From Ranitomeya imitator (Eukaryota): a DNA stretch of 64,000 nucleotides. The stretch spans positions 16,182,001 to 16,246,000 of the forward strand of contig NC_091289.1 in the NCBI RefSeq assembly GCF_032444005.1. The letters run 5' to 3'. The position numbers and the translations under genes are program-made. Shown here one piece after another: positions 1 through 10,500 of the stretch (position 1 is the stretch's first letter; the number at the start of each line of letters is the position of its first letter). The notes under the pieces were generated by a model, which was given only the letters and a program-made list of their open reading frames with translations, did not search any database and was not told where the DNA came from.

Positions 1-500
1 GTCAATAATCGACACCTCTCCATTATTAATCGGGCTTAATGTCACCTTACAATAGCAAGGTGACATTAACCCTTCATTACCCCATATCCCACCTCTACAC
101 GGGAATGGGAAGAGAGTGGCCAAGTGCCAGAATAGGCGCATCTTCCAGATGTGCCTTTTCTGGGGTGGCTGGCGGCAGATGTTTTTAGCCGGGGGGGAGG
201 GGGGCAATAACCGTGGACCCTCTCTAGGCTATTAATATCTGCCCTCAGTCACTGGGTTTACCACTCTGGCGCCAATTTTTTCCGCGATTTAACCCTTTAA
301 ATTAATAGCTAGAGCGCCCAAATTTTGCACATACACACTACTAACATTAGTAGTGTGGAATATGCAAAAAAAATGGGGATATGAGATGGTTTACTGTATG
401 TAACCATGTCTCATCATGTCGGGTTTGGGAAGGAGATAGCAAAAGCCGGCAATTGAATTACCGGCTTTAAAGCTATCTAGCGCTGCATGCTATATTAATA
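1..500. mobile_element. Internal fragment of a non-autonomous DNA element (related pieces at about 28140-28350)
   Basis: Short palindromes (AATGTCACCTT…AAGGTGACATT), shared CTATTAATATC motif. Confidence 0.4.
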
Positions 501-525
501 TATATATATGTCTCACTGACATATA

Positions 526-2161
526 CAGTTAGGGCCAGAAATATTTGGACAGTGACACAAGTTTTGTTATTTTAGCTGTTTACAAAAACATGTTCAGAAA
601 TACAATTATATATATAATATGGGCTGAAAGTGCACACTCCCAGCTGCAATATGATAGTTTCCACATCCAAATCGGAGAAAGGGTTTAGGAATCATAGCTC
701 TGTAATGCATAGCGTCCTCTTTTTCAAGGGACCAAAAGTGATTGGACAATGGACTCTAAGGGCTGCAATTAACTCTGAAGGCGTCTCCCTCGTTAATCTG
801 TAATCAATGAAGTAGTTAAAAGGTCAGGGGTGGATTCCAGGTGTGTGGTTTTGCATTTGGAAGCTGTTGCTGTGAGCAGACAACATGTGGTCAAAGGAAC
901 TCTCAATTGAGGTGAAGCAGAACATCCTGAGGCTGAAAAAAAAGAAGAAATCCATCAGAGAGATAGCAGACATGCTTGGAGTAGCAAAATCAACAGTTGG
1001 GTACATTCTGAGAAAAAAGGAATTGACTGGTGAGCTTGGGAACTCAAAAAGGCCTGGGCGTCCACGGATGACAACAGTGGTGGATGATCGCCGCATACTT
1101 AATTTGGTGAAGAAGAACCCGTTCACAACATCAACTGAAGTCCAGAACACTCTCAGTGAAGTAGGTGTATCTGTCTCTAAGTCAACAGTAAAGAGAAGAC
1201 TCCATGACAGTAAATACAAAGGGTTCACATCTAGATGCAAACCATTCATCAATACCAAAAATAGACAGGCCAGAGTTAAATTTGCAGAAAAACACCTCAA
1301 GAAGCCAGCTCAGTTCTGGAAAAGTATTCTATGGAGAGATGAGACAAAGATCAACCTGTACCAGGATGATGGGAAGAAAAAAGTTTGGAGAAGAAAGGGA
1401 ACGGCACATGATCCAAGGCACACCACATCCTCTGTAAAACATGGTGGAGGCAACGTGATGGCATGGGCATGCATGGCTTTCAATGGCACTGGGTCACTTG
1501 TGTTTATTGATGACATAAGAGCAGACAAGAGTAGCCGGATGAATTCTGAAGTGTACCGGGATATACTTTCAGCCCAGATTCAGCCAAATGCTGCAAAGTT
1601 GATTGGACGGATAGTACAGATGGACAATGACCCCAAGCATACAGCCAAAGCTACCCAGGAGTTCATGAGTGCCAAAAAGTGGAACATTCTGCAATGGCCA
1701 AGTCAATCTCCAGATCTAAACCCAATTGAGCATGCATTTCACTTGCTGAAATCCAGACTTAAGACGGAAAGACCCACAAACAAGCAAGACCTGAAGGCTG
1801 CGGCTGTAAAGGCCTGGCAAAGCATTAAGGAGGAAACCCAGCGTTTGGTGATGTCCATGGGTTCCAGACTTAAGGCAGTGATTGCCTCCAAAGGATTTGC
1901 AACAAAATATTGAAAATAAAAATATTTTGTTTGGGTTATGTTTATTTGTCCAATTACTTTTGACCTCCTAAAATGTGGAGTGTTTGTAAAGAAATGTGTA
2001 CAATTCCTACATTTTCTATCAGATATTTTTGTTCAACCCTTCAAATTAAACGTTACAATCTGCACTTGAATTCTGTTGTAGAGGTTTCATTTCAAATCCA
2101 ATGTGGTGGCATGCAGAGCCCAACTCGCGAAAATTGTGTCACTGTCCAAATATTTCTGGCC

Positions 2162-2168
<7 letters not shown>
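526..2168 (+). mobile_element. Tc1 (DD34E) DNA transposon, full length, uninterrupted ORF
   Basis: Terminal IR CAGTTAGGGCCAGAAATATTTGGACAGTGACACAA with its reverse complement at the right end (last base altered), TA flanks, inner DRs at about 730 and 1948. Confidence 0.95.
885..1913 (+). CDS. Tc1 transposase, 342 aa open frame
   Basis: Paired-like HTH, GRPR linker, W-x-[20 protein letters not shown]; 34 residues between the second D and E. Confidence 0.9.
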   Translation: MWSKELSIEVKQNILRLKKKKKSIREIADMLGVAKSTVGYILRKKELTGELGNSKRPGRPRMTTVVDDRRILNLVKKNPFTTSTEVQNTLSEVGVSVSKSTVKRRLHDSKYKGFTSRCKPFINTKNRQARVKFAEKHLKKPAQFWKSILWRDETKINLYQDDGKKKVWRRKGTAHDPRHTTSSVKHGGGNVMAWACMAFNGTGSLVFIDDIRADKSSRMNSEVYRDILSAQIQPNAAKLIGRIVQMDNDPKHTAKATQEFMSAKKWNILQWPSQSPDLNPIEHAFHLLKSRLKTERPTNKQDLKAAAVKAWQSIKEETQRLVMSMGSRLKAVIASKGFATKY

Positions 2169-2194
<26 letters not shown>

Positions 2195-2197
<3 letters not shown>

Positions 2198-3800
2198 TGG
2201 GGCAAAAAAGTATTTAGTCAGTCAGCAATAGTGCAAGTTCCACCACTTAAAAAGATGAGAGGCGTCTGTAATTTACATCATAGGTAGACCTCAACTATGG
2301 GAGACAAACTGAGAAAAAAAATCCAGAAAATCACATTGTCTGTTTTTTTAACATTTTATTTGCATATTATGGTGGAAAATAAGTATTTGGTCAGAAACAA
2401 AATTTCATCTCAATACTTTGTAATATATCCTTTGTTGGCAATGACAGAGGTCAAACGTTTTCTGTAAGTCTTCACAAGGTTGCCACACACTGTTGTTGGT
2501 ATGTTGGCCCATTCCTCCATGCAGATCTCCTCTAGAGCAGTGATGTTTTTGGCTTTTCGCTTGGCAACACGGACCTTCAACTCCCTCCAAAGGTTTTCTA
2601 TAGGGTTGAGATCTGGAGACTGGCTAGGCCACTCCAGGACCTTGAAATGCTTCTTACGAAGCCACTCCTTCGTTGCCCTGGCGGTGTGCTTTGGATCATT
2701 GTCATGTTGAAAGACCCAGCCATGTTTCATCTTCAATGCCCTTGCTGATGAAAGGAGGTTTGCACTCAAAATCTCATGATACATGGCCCCATTCATTCTT
2801 TCATGTACCCGGATCAGTCGTCCTGGCCCCTTTGCAGAGAAACAGCCCCAAAGCATGATGTTTCCACCACCATGCTTTACAGTAGGTATGGTGTTTGATG
2901 GATGCAACTCAGTATTCTTTTTCCTCCAAACACAACAAGTTGTGTTTCTACCAAACAGTTCCAGTTTGGTTTCATCAGACCATAGGACATTCTCCCAAAA
3001 CTCCTCTGGATCATCCAAATGCTCTCTAGCAAACTTCAGACGGGCCCGGACATGTACTGGCTTAAGCAGTGGGACACGTCTGGCACTGCAGGATCTGAGT
3101 CCATGGTGGCGTAGTGTGTTACTTATGGTAGGCCTTGTTACATTGGTCCCAGCTCTCTGCAGTTCATTTACTAGGTCCCCCCGCGTGGTTCTGGGATTTT
3201 TGCTCACCGTTCTTGTGATCATTCTGACCCCACGGGGTGGGATTTTGCGTGGAGCCCCAGATCGAGGGAGATTATCAGTGGTTTTGTATGTCTTCCATTT
3301 TCTAATTATTGCTCACACTGTTGATTTCTTCACTCCAAGCTGGTTGGCTATTGCAGATTCAGTCTTCCCAGCCTGGTGCAGGGCTACAATTTTGTTTCTG
3401 GTGTCCTTTGACAGCTCTTTGGTCTTCACCATAGTGGAGTTTGGAGTCAGACTGTTTGAGGGTGTGCACAGGTGTCTTTTTATACTGATAACAAGTTTAA
3501 ACAGGTGCCATTACTACAGGTAATGAGTGGAGGAAAGCGGAGACTCTTAAAGAAGAAGTTACAGGTCTGTGAGAGCCAGAAATCTTGACTGTTTGTTTCT
3601 GACCAAATACTTATTTTCCACTATAATATGCAAATAAAATGTAAAAAAAAAACAGACAATGTGATTTTCTGGATTTTTTTCCTCAGTTTGTCTCCCATAG
3701 TTGAGGTCTACCTATGATGTAAATTACAGACGCCTCTCATCTTTTTAAGTGGTGGAACTTGCACTATTGCTGACTGACTAAATACTTTTTTGCCCCACTG
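2195..3800 (-). mobile_element. Tc1 transposon with about 205-bp IR/DR ends, inserted in a (TA)n tract
   Basis: TIR CAGTGGGGCAAAAAAGTATTTAGTCAG…; long IRs at 2195-2400 and about 3593-3800; (TA)n on both sides. Confidence 0.95.
2410..3432 (-). pseudogene. Tc1 transposase with one premature TGA (3315-3313)
   Basis: MVKTKELSKDTRNKIV…KSTV*AIIRKW…WSDETK…DNDPKH…SPDLNPIE…KY*. Confidence 0.9.
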
Positions 3801-4321
3801 TATATATATATATATATAGACAATATTTATGTTTTTACAATTTTTTGAGAACATGGATCCATTGTATATCCGTATGTCGGTTTTGCAAGCCTGCAAGAAA
3901 AACACGCAGTACGGATGCCATACGGATTACATACGGAGGATGCCATGCGCAAAACACGCTGACACACCCTGCCTACGGATGAGATACGGACCACTATTTT
4001 GGGGACTTTTCTGCATATTACGGCCGTAAATTACGGACCGTATTTTTATACGCTGAGTGTGACGCCGGCCTTAAAAATAACAATTCAACCCATAGTTCTC
4101 AAACAGTTTTATTAAAAACACAAATAAATAAGTCTAACAAAAAGGAGAAAAATATAAATATATTTATACATACAAGTCTATAAGAATAAACTTTACAAAA
4201 CAATATGTATAACTAAGCAACGTTAGAGATAAGTAACAAAAACAAAAAGCACACGAGTAACAGCACCCCCCACCAGCATGCAGCCTCACGAGAGTGACAT
4301 TACTCAGCCACACGAAAATTA

Positions 4322-4565
4322 CAAATGTTAAGACAATCCAGCTTCTTGGAAATTGCTAAATTTATTGGAAAATATATATACCGTATATATAAAAACAAAT
4401 CGTGCTAAATTGCAGAGACAGCATAGAAACGCGTTTCAGACGAACATGGCCCCGTGTGTTTGAAACGCGTTGCTATCCTGTCTCTGTCATTTAGCACGAT
4501 TTGATTTTTTATCTATTTCAATAAATTTTGTAATTTCTCATAAACTGGATTTTCTTCAGATTTTA
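4322..4565. mobile_element. Two Penelope-like terminal fragments in inverted orientation
   Basis: About 110-bp imperfect inverted arms, each beginning TGAAACGCGTT and containing AATAAA…CTGGAT. Confidence 0.5.
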
Positions 4566-4922
4566 TTTACATTTGGTCCCAGGGATTCCGTGCTTCTGTG
4601 CGCCCAGAGCTTCGGTAAGCTGTTTTTTTTTCTATTTTATGTTTTTATGTACAAGGGAGTTACATCACCCCACTCACTTTGCAGCAAACCAAAATGTATA
4701 ATCTCACCATTCCCCACACAGCCCCTCCACACTGTGACCCCTTTCCCCCCCCACACAGCTTCACATCATCCCCCCTTCCCTGCACAGCCCCTCCATCAGC
4801 ACCGACGCAGCCCCTCATCATCTTCCCTTTGCAGCCCCACTCAAGTAACATCAACCTCTTTCCAAATTACATCCTCAGAGAACTCACACCGAGTCCTGCA
4901 TCCTCATTCCCTTGTACAAGGG

Positions 4923-7322
4923 TCCATGGTGCAGCCCCTCGGTCCTCTCCTCACACCTCCATGGTGCGGCCCCTCGGTCCTCCCCTCACACCTCCATGGT
5001 GCGGCCCCTCGGTCCTCCCCTCACAAGTCTCCATGGTGCGGCCCCTCGGTCCTCCCCTCACACCTCCATGGTGCGGCCCCTCGGTCCTCCCCTCACACCT
5101 CCATGGTGCGGCCCCTCGGTCCTCCCCTCACACCTCCATAGTGCGGCCCCTCTGTCCTCCCCTCACACCTCCATGGTGCGGCCCCTCGGTCCTCCCCTCA
5201 CACCTCCTTGGTTCGGCCCCTCGGTCCTCCCCTCACACCTCCATGGTGCGGCCCCTCGGTCCTCCCCTCACACCTCCATGGTGCGGCCCCTCGGTCCTCC
5301 CCTCACACCTCCTTGGTTCGGCCCCTCGGTCCTCCCCTCACACCTCCATGGTGCGGCCCCTCGGTCCTCCCCTCACACCTCCATGGTGCGGCCCCTCGGT
5401 CCTCCCCTCACACCTCCATGGTGCGGCCCCTCTGTCCTCCCCTCACACCTCCATGGTGCGGCCCCTCGGTCCACCCCTCACACGGCTCCATGGTGCGGCC
5501 CCTCGGTCCTCCCCTCACACGGCTCCATGGTGCGGCCCCTCGGTCCTCCCCTCACACCTCCATGGTGCGGCCCCTCGGTCCTCCCCTCACACCCCCATGG
5601 TGCGGCCCCTCGGTCCTCCCCTCACACCTCCATGGTGCGGCCCCTCTGTCCTCCCCTCACACCTCCATGGTGCGGCCCCTCGGTCCTCCCCTCACACTTC
5701 CATGGTGCGGCCCCTCGGTCCTCCCCTCACACCTCCATGGTGCGGCCCCTCGGTTCTCCCCTCACACCTCCATGGTGCGGCCCCTCGGTCCTCCCCCCAC
5801 ACCTCCATGGTGCGACCCCTCGGTCCTCCCCTCACACCTCCATGGTGCGACCCCTCGGTCCTCCCCTCACACCTCCATGGTGCGGCCCCTCGGTCCTCTC
5901 CTCACACCTCCATGGTGCGGCCCCTCGGTCATCCCCTCACACCTCCATGGTGCGGCCCCTCGGTCCTCTCCTCACACCTCCATGGTGCGGCCCTTCGGTC
6001 CTCCCCTCACACCTCCATGGTGCGACCCCTCGGTCCTCCCCTCACACCTCCATGGTGCGGCCCCTCGGTCCTCTCCTCACACCTCCATGGTGCGGCCCCT
6101 CGGTCATCCCCTCACACCTCCATGGTGCGGCCCCTCGGTCCTCCCCTCACACCTCCATGGTGCGGCCCCTCGGTCATCCCCTCACACCTCCATGGTGCGG
6201 CCCCTCGGTCCTCCCCTCACACCTCCATGGTGCGGCCCCTCGGTCCTCCCCTCACACCTCCATGGTGCGGCCCTTCGGTCCTCCCCTCACACCTCCATGG
6301 TGCGGCCCCTCGGTCCTCTCCTCACACCTCCATGGTGCGGCCCCTCGGTCATCCCCTCACACCTCCATGGTGCGGCCCCTCGGTCCTCTCCTCACACCTC
6401 CATGGTGCGGCCCCTCGGTCATCCCCTCACACCTCCATGGTGCGGCCCCTCGGTCCTCTCCTCACACCTCCATGGTGCGGCCCCTCGGTCCTCCCCTCAC
6501 ACCTCCATGGTGCGGCCCCTCTGTCCTCCCCCCACACCTCCATGGTGCGGCCCCTCTGTCCTCCCCCCACACCTCCATGGTGCGGCCCCTCTGTCCTCTC
6601 CTCACACCTCCATGGTGCGGCCCCTCGGTCATCCCCTCACACCTCCATGGTGCGGCCCCTCGGTCCTCCCCTCACACCTCCATGGTGCGGCCCCTCGGTC
6701 ATCCCCTCACACCTCCATGGTGCGGCCCCTCGGTCATCCCCTCACACCTCCATGGTGCGGCCCCTCTGTCCTCCCCCCACACCTCCATGGTGCGGCCCCT
6801 CGGTCCTCTCCTCACACCTCCATGGTGCGGCCCCTCGGTCCTCCCCTCACACCTCCATGGTGCGGCCCCTCTGTCCTCCCCTCACACCTCCATGGTGCGG
6901 CCCCTCTGTCCTCCCCCCACACCTCCATGGTGCGGCCCCTCTGTCCTCCCCTCACACCTCCATGGTGCGGCCCCTCTGTCCTCCCCCCACACCTCCATGG
7001 TGCGGCCCCTCTGTCCTCCCCTCACACCTCCATGGTGCGGCCCCTCTGTCCTCCCCTCACACCTCCATGGTGCGGCCCCTCTGTCCTCCCCCCACACCTC
7101 CATGGTGCGGCCCCTCTGTCCTCCCCTCACACCTCCATGGTGCGGCCCCTCTGTCCTCCCCTCACACCTCCATGGTGCGGCCCCTCTGTCCTCCCCTCAC
7201 ACCTCCATGGTGCGGCCCCTCTGTCCTCCCCCCACACCTCCATGGTGCGGCCCCTCTGTCCTCCCCCCACACCTCCATGGTGCGGCCCCTCTGTCCTCCC
7301 CTCACACCTCCATGGTGCGGCT
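4923..7322. repeat. 35-bp GC-rich minisatellite, about 68 copies, directly upstream of RPUSD3
   Basis: Unit ACACCTCCATGGTGCGGCCCCTCGGTCCTCCCCTC. Confidence 0.97.
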
Positions 7323-7324
7323 CC

Positions 7325-7474
7325 TCATTTCCCGCTTCCCTTCTCAGCTGCCTCAGCATAACGCAGCTTCCTGCTCTCGGCCCCGCCCCTTCTGGTGACA
7401 TCACTCCTCCCCCTCAAGAAATCAACTCCAATCTAGACGCTGCGGAGAGCGGAACCGGTGTGTGAGCGGCGGAG
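7325..7474 (+). promoter_or_regulatory. RPUSD3 proximal promoter/5'UTR
   Basis: GC box CCCCGCCCC at 7381-7389, CTTCC (ETS-like) cores, YY1-like ATGGCGG at the start codon. Confidence 0.55.
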
Positions 7475-7569
7475 ATGGCGGCTGTGTACCGGCGGCTCAG
7501 GGGCGGATGGACAACCGTGTCCAGGATCGGCAGCCGGGGCTGTGCCAGGGGACTGTGCTCGGCGCCCTG
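7475..7569 (+). CDS. RPUSD3: RPUSD3 exon 1 (MAAVYRRLRGGWTTVSRIGSRGCARGLCSAP)
   Basis: ATG in agATGGCGG context; donor CTG|GTGAGT; phase 2 matches exon 2. Confidence 0.8.
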
Positions 7570-10500
7570 GTGAGTACGAGGGGGCGGGTCATGGAGGAAA
7601 CACAGACAATGGGGCGGGGGAAGGAAACACCGACAAAGGGGTGGGGAGAGGAACTGCAGCAAATGACCCCTGGTGAGGAGAGTGCCACCCTTCAAAAACC
7701 CCTGGCTAGGAGATTGTTGCCCTTTAAAGACCCCTGTCAGGGAGCGTGCCGGCCTCTGGGGGACCCCTGTCGGGGAGCGTGCCGGCCTCTGGGGGACCCC
7801 TGTCGGGGAGCGTGCCGGCCTCTGGGGGACCCCTGTCGGGGAGCGTGCCGGCCTCTGGGGGACCCCTGGCGAGGCGCGTGCCGGCCTCTGGGGGACCCCT
7901 GTCGGGGAGCGTGCCGGCCTCTGGGGGACCCCTGTCGGGGAGCGTGCCGGCCTCTGGGGGACCCCTGTCGGGGAGCGTGCCGGCCTCTGGGGGACCCCTG
8001 TCGGGGAGCGTGCCGGCCTCTGGGGGACCCCTGTCGGGGAGCGTGCCGGCCTCTGGGGGACCCCTGGCGAGGCGCGTGCCGGCCTCTGGGGGACCCCTGT
8101 CGGGGAGCGTGCCGGCCTCTGGGGGACCCCTGGCGAGGCGCGTGCCGGCCTCTGGGGGACCCCTGTCAGGGAGCGTGCCGGCCTCTGGGGGACCCCTGTC
8201 GGGGAGCGTGCCACCCTCTGGGGAACCCCTGGCGAGGCGCGTGCCGCCCTCTGGGGGACCCCTGGCGGGGAGAGTGCCGGCCTCTGGGGGACCCCTGGCG
8301 AGGCGCGTGCCGCCCTCTGGGGGACCCCTGGCGGGGAGAGTGCTGGCCTCTGGGGGACCCCTGTCGGGGAGCGTGCCGCCCTCTGGGGGACCCCTGGCGA
8401 GGCGTGCCGGCCTCTGGCAGACCCCTGGAGGGGAGAGTGCCGCCCTCTGGGGGACCCCTGGCGGGGAGAGTGCCGCCCTCTGGGGGACCCCTGTCGGGGA
8501 GCGTGCCGGCCTCTGGGGGACCCCTGTCGGAGAGCGTGCCGGCCTCTGGGGGACCCCTGTTGGGGAGCGTGCCGGCCTCTGGGGGACCCCTGTTGGGGAG
8601 CGTGCCGGACTCTGGGGGACCCCTGGCGAGGCGTGCCGGCCTCTGGGGGACCCCTGGCGAGGCGCGTGCCGGCCTCTGGGGGACCCCTGGCGAGGCGCGT
8701 GCCGGCCTCTGGGGGACCCCTGGCGAGGCGCGTGCCGGCCTCTGGGGGACCCCTGTCGGGGAGCGTGCCGGCCTCTGGGGGACCGCTGGCGAGGCGCGTG
8801 CCGGCCTCTGGGGGACCCCTGGCGAGGCGCGTGCCGGCCTCTGGGGGACCCCTGGCGAGGCGCGTGCCGGCCTCTGGGGGACCCCTGGCGAGGCGCGTGC
8901 CGGCCTCTGGGGGACCCCTGGCGAGGCGCGTGCCGGCCTCTGGGGGACCCCTGGCGAGGCGCGTGCCGACCTCTGGGGGACCCCTGTCGGGGAGCGTGCC
9001 GGCCTCTGGGGGACCCCTGGCGAGGCGCGTGCCGGCCTCTGGGGGACCCTTCGCAAGGAGAGAGCATCACGGTTAGGGATCCTCAGCCCCCGGTCATGTG
9101 CCATATTCATACTTTATTGGGTTCTGGACCCTGTTAGTGACAATGTGCCCCCCCATTGTGGCCCAGCGGTGTGGACCCATCTTATGTCTGTCCCCATGAC
9201 GTTGCCTCCTGTAATCAGTGCAGCCATGGAAAACTGCGCTCGCCACAACTTATACGGGTTTTTGGCTGCAGGTACCAGGAACATTTGGAGATGGAGAACA
9301 AGCAGCATAAACCGCCCCGCAGTCCCCCAGAGGTGAAACCCAGCATCCTGAACAGCCCGGGAGTGGTCAGCGTGGACTCGATGAGTCGGGAGTCGCTGTG
9401 TGAGCACCTGGCAAAGAACGTGGTGTATATGGCAGGTCTGTAGAGGGGTCACACATTCCTCCTCTCTGACACCCACATTGTATGGGGGGCTCACATCCCA
9501 TGTTATGTCTGCCACAATTACCTGGTTATTTATTATTACATACATCTTTCTCTTTAGGTTTTGTTTTACCCGCCATGCTTTACACTGCAGTTTCAGGTGT
9601 GATTGTAAATCCCCATTTACAGCTTTGTTTTATCTTTAGGTCCACTAGTGGCCATCAACAAACCGCAGGGACTGCCCATTACCGGTAGGTGGGCCGCACA
9701 TTCGCTTCTATGAGGACAGTTATATGGAGTGACGTTCCAGGAACCGTTCACACGGCGCGCAATATCGGCTTTTTTTCTTATCAGGAAACACTGAAGGAAA
9801 TTCAGTGATGTCTGTACTGTCAGAACTACAGCGGACCCTGCAGATCAAGTCCGAGCTTCATGTGGTGAAAGCCGCACCCAAGTATGTGTGAGAAATAACC
9901 TATCATCACTAAAGCACTGAGCATCAGCCAGGCAGGACCTATAGTGTGAATACTGCCCCCTATATACCAGAATATAACTGCTATAATACTGCCCCCTATG
10001 TACAAGAATATAACTACTATAATACTGCTCCTATATACAAGAATATAACTACTATAATACTGCCCCTATGTACAAGAATATAACTGCTATAATACTGCCT
10101 CTATGTACAAGAATATAACTACTATAATACTGTCCCCTATGTGCAAGAATATAACTACTATAATACTGCCCCTATGTACAAGAATATAACTACTATAATA
10201 CTGCCCCTATGTACAAGAATATAACTACTATAATACTGTCCCCTATGTACAAGAATATAACTACTATAATACTGCCCCTATGTACAAGAATATAACTGCT
10301 ATAATACTGCCCCTATGTACAAGAATATAACTACTATAATACTGTCCCCTATGTACAAGAATATAACTACTATAATACTGCTCCTATGTACAAGAATATA
10401 ACTACTATAATACTGCTCCTATGTACAAGAATATAACTACTATAATACTGTCCCCTATGTGCAAGAATATAACTGCTATAATACTGCCCCTATGTACAAG

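Noticed and set aside
2783-3523. 246-aa ORF and other ORFs antisense to Tc1 transposases (824-1300, 20445, 21249, 40663)
   Set aside because: Antisense shadows of transposase frames
4679-7465. 928/828/717-aa Pro-rich ORFs
   Set aside because: Translation of a stop-free 35-bp minisatellite in all three frames; no domain
7414-9336. 267-624-aa ORFs on both strands
   Set aside because: The 33-bp unit is divisible by 3 and stop-free; it lies in RPUSD3 intron 1
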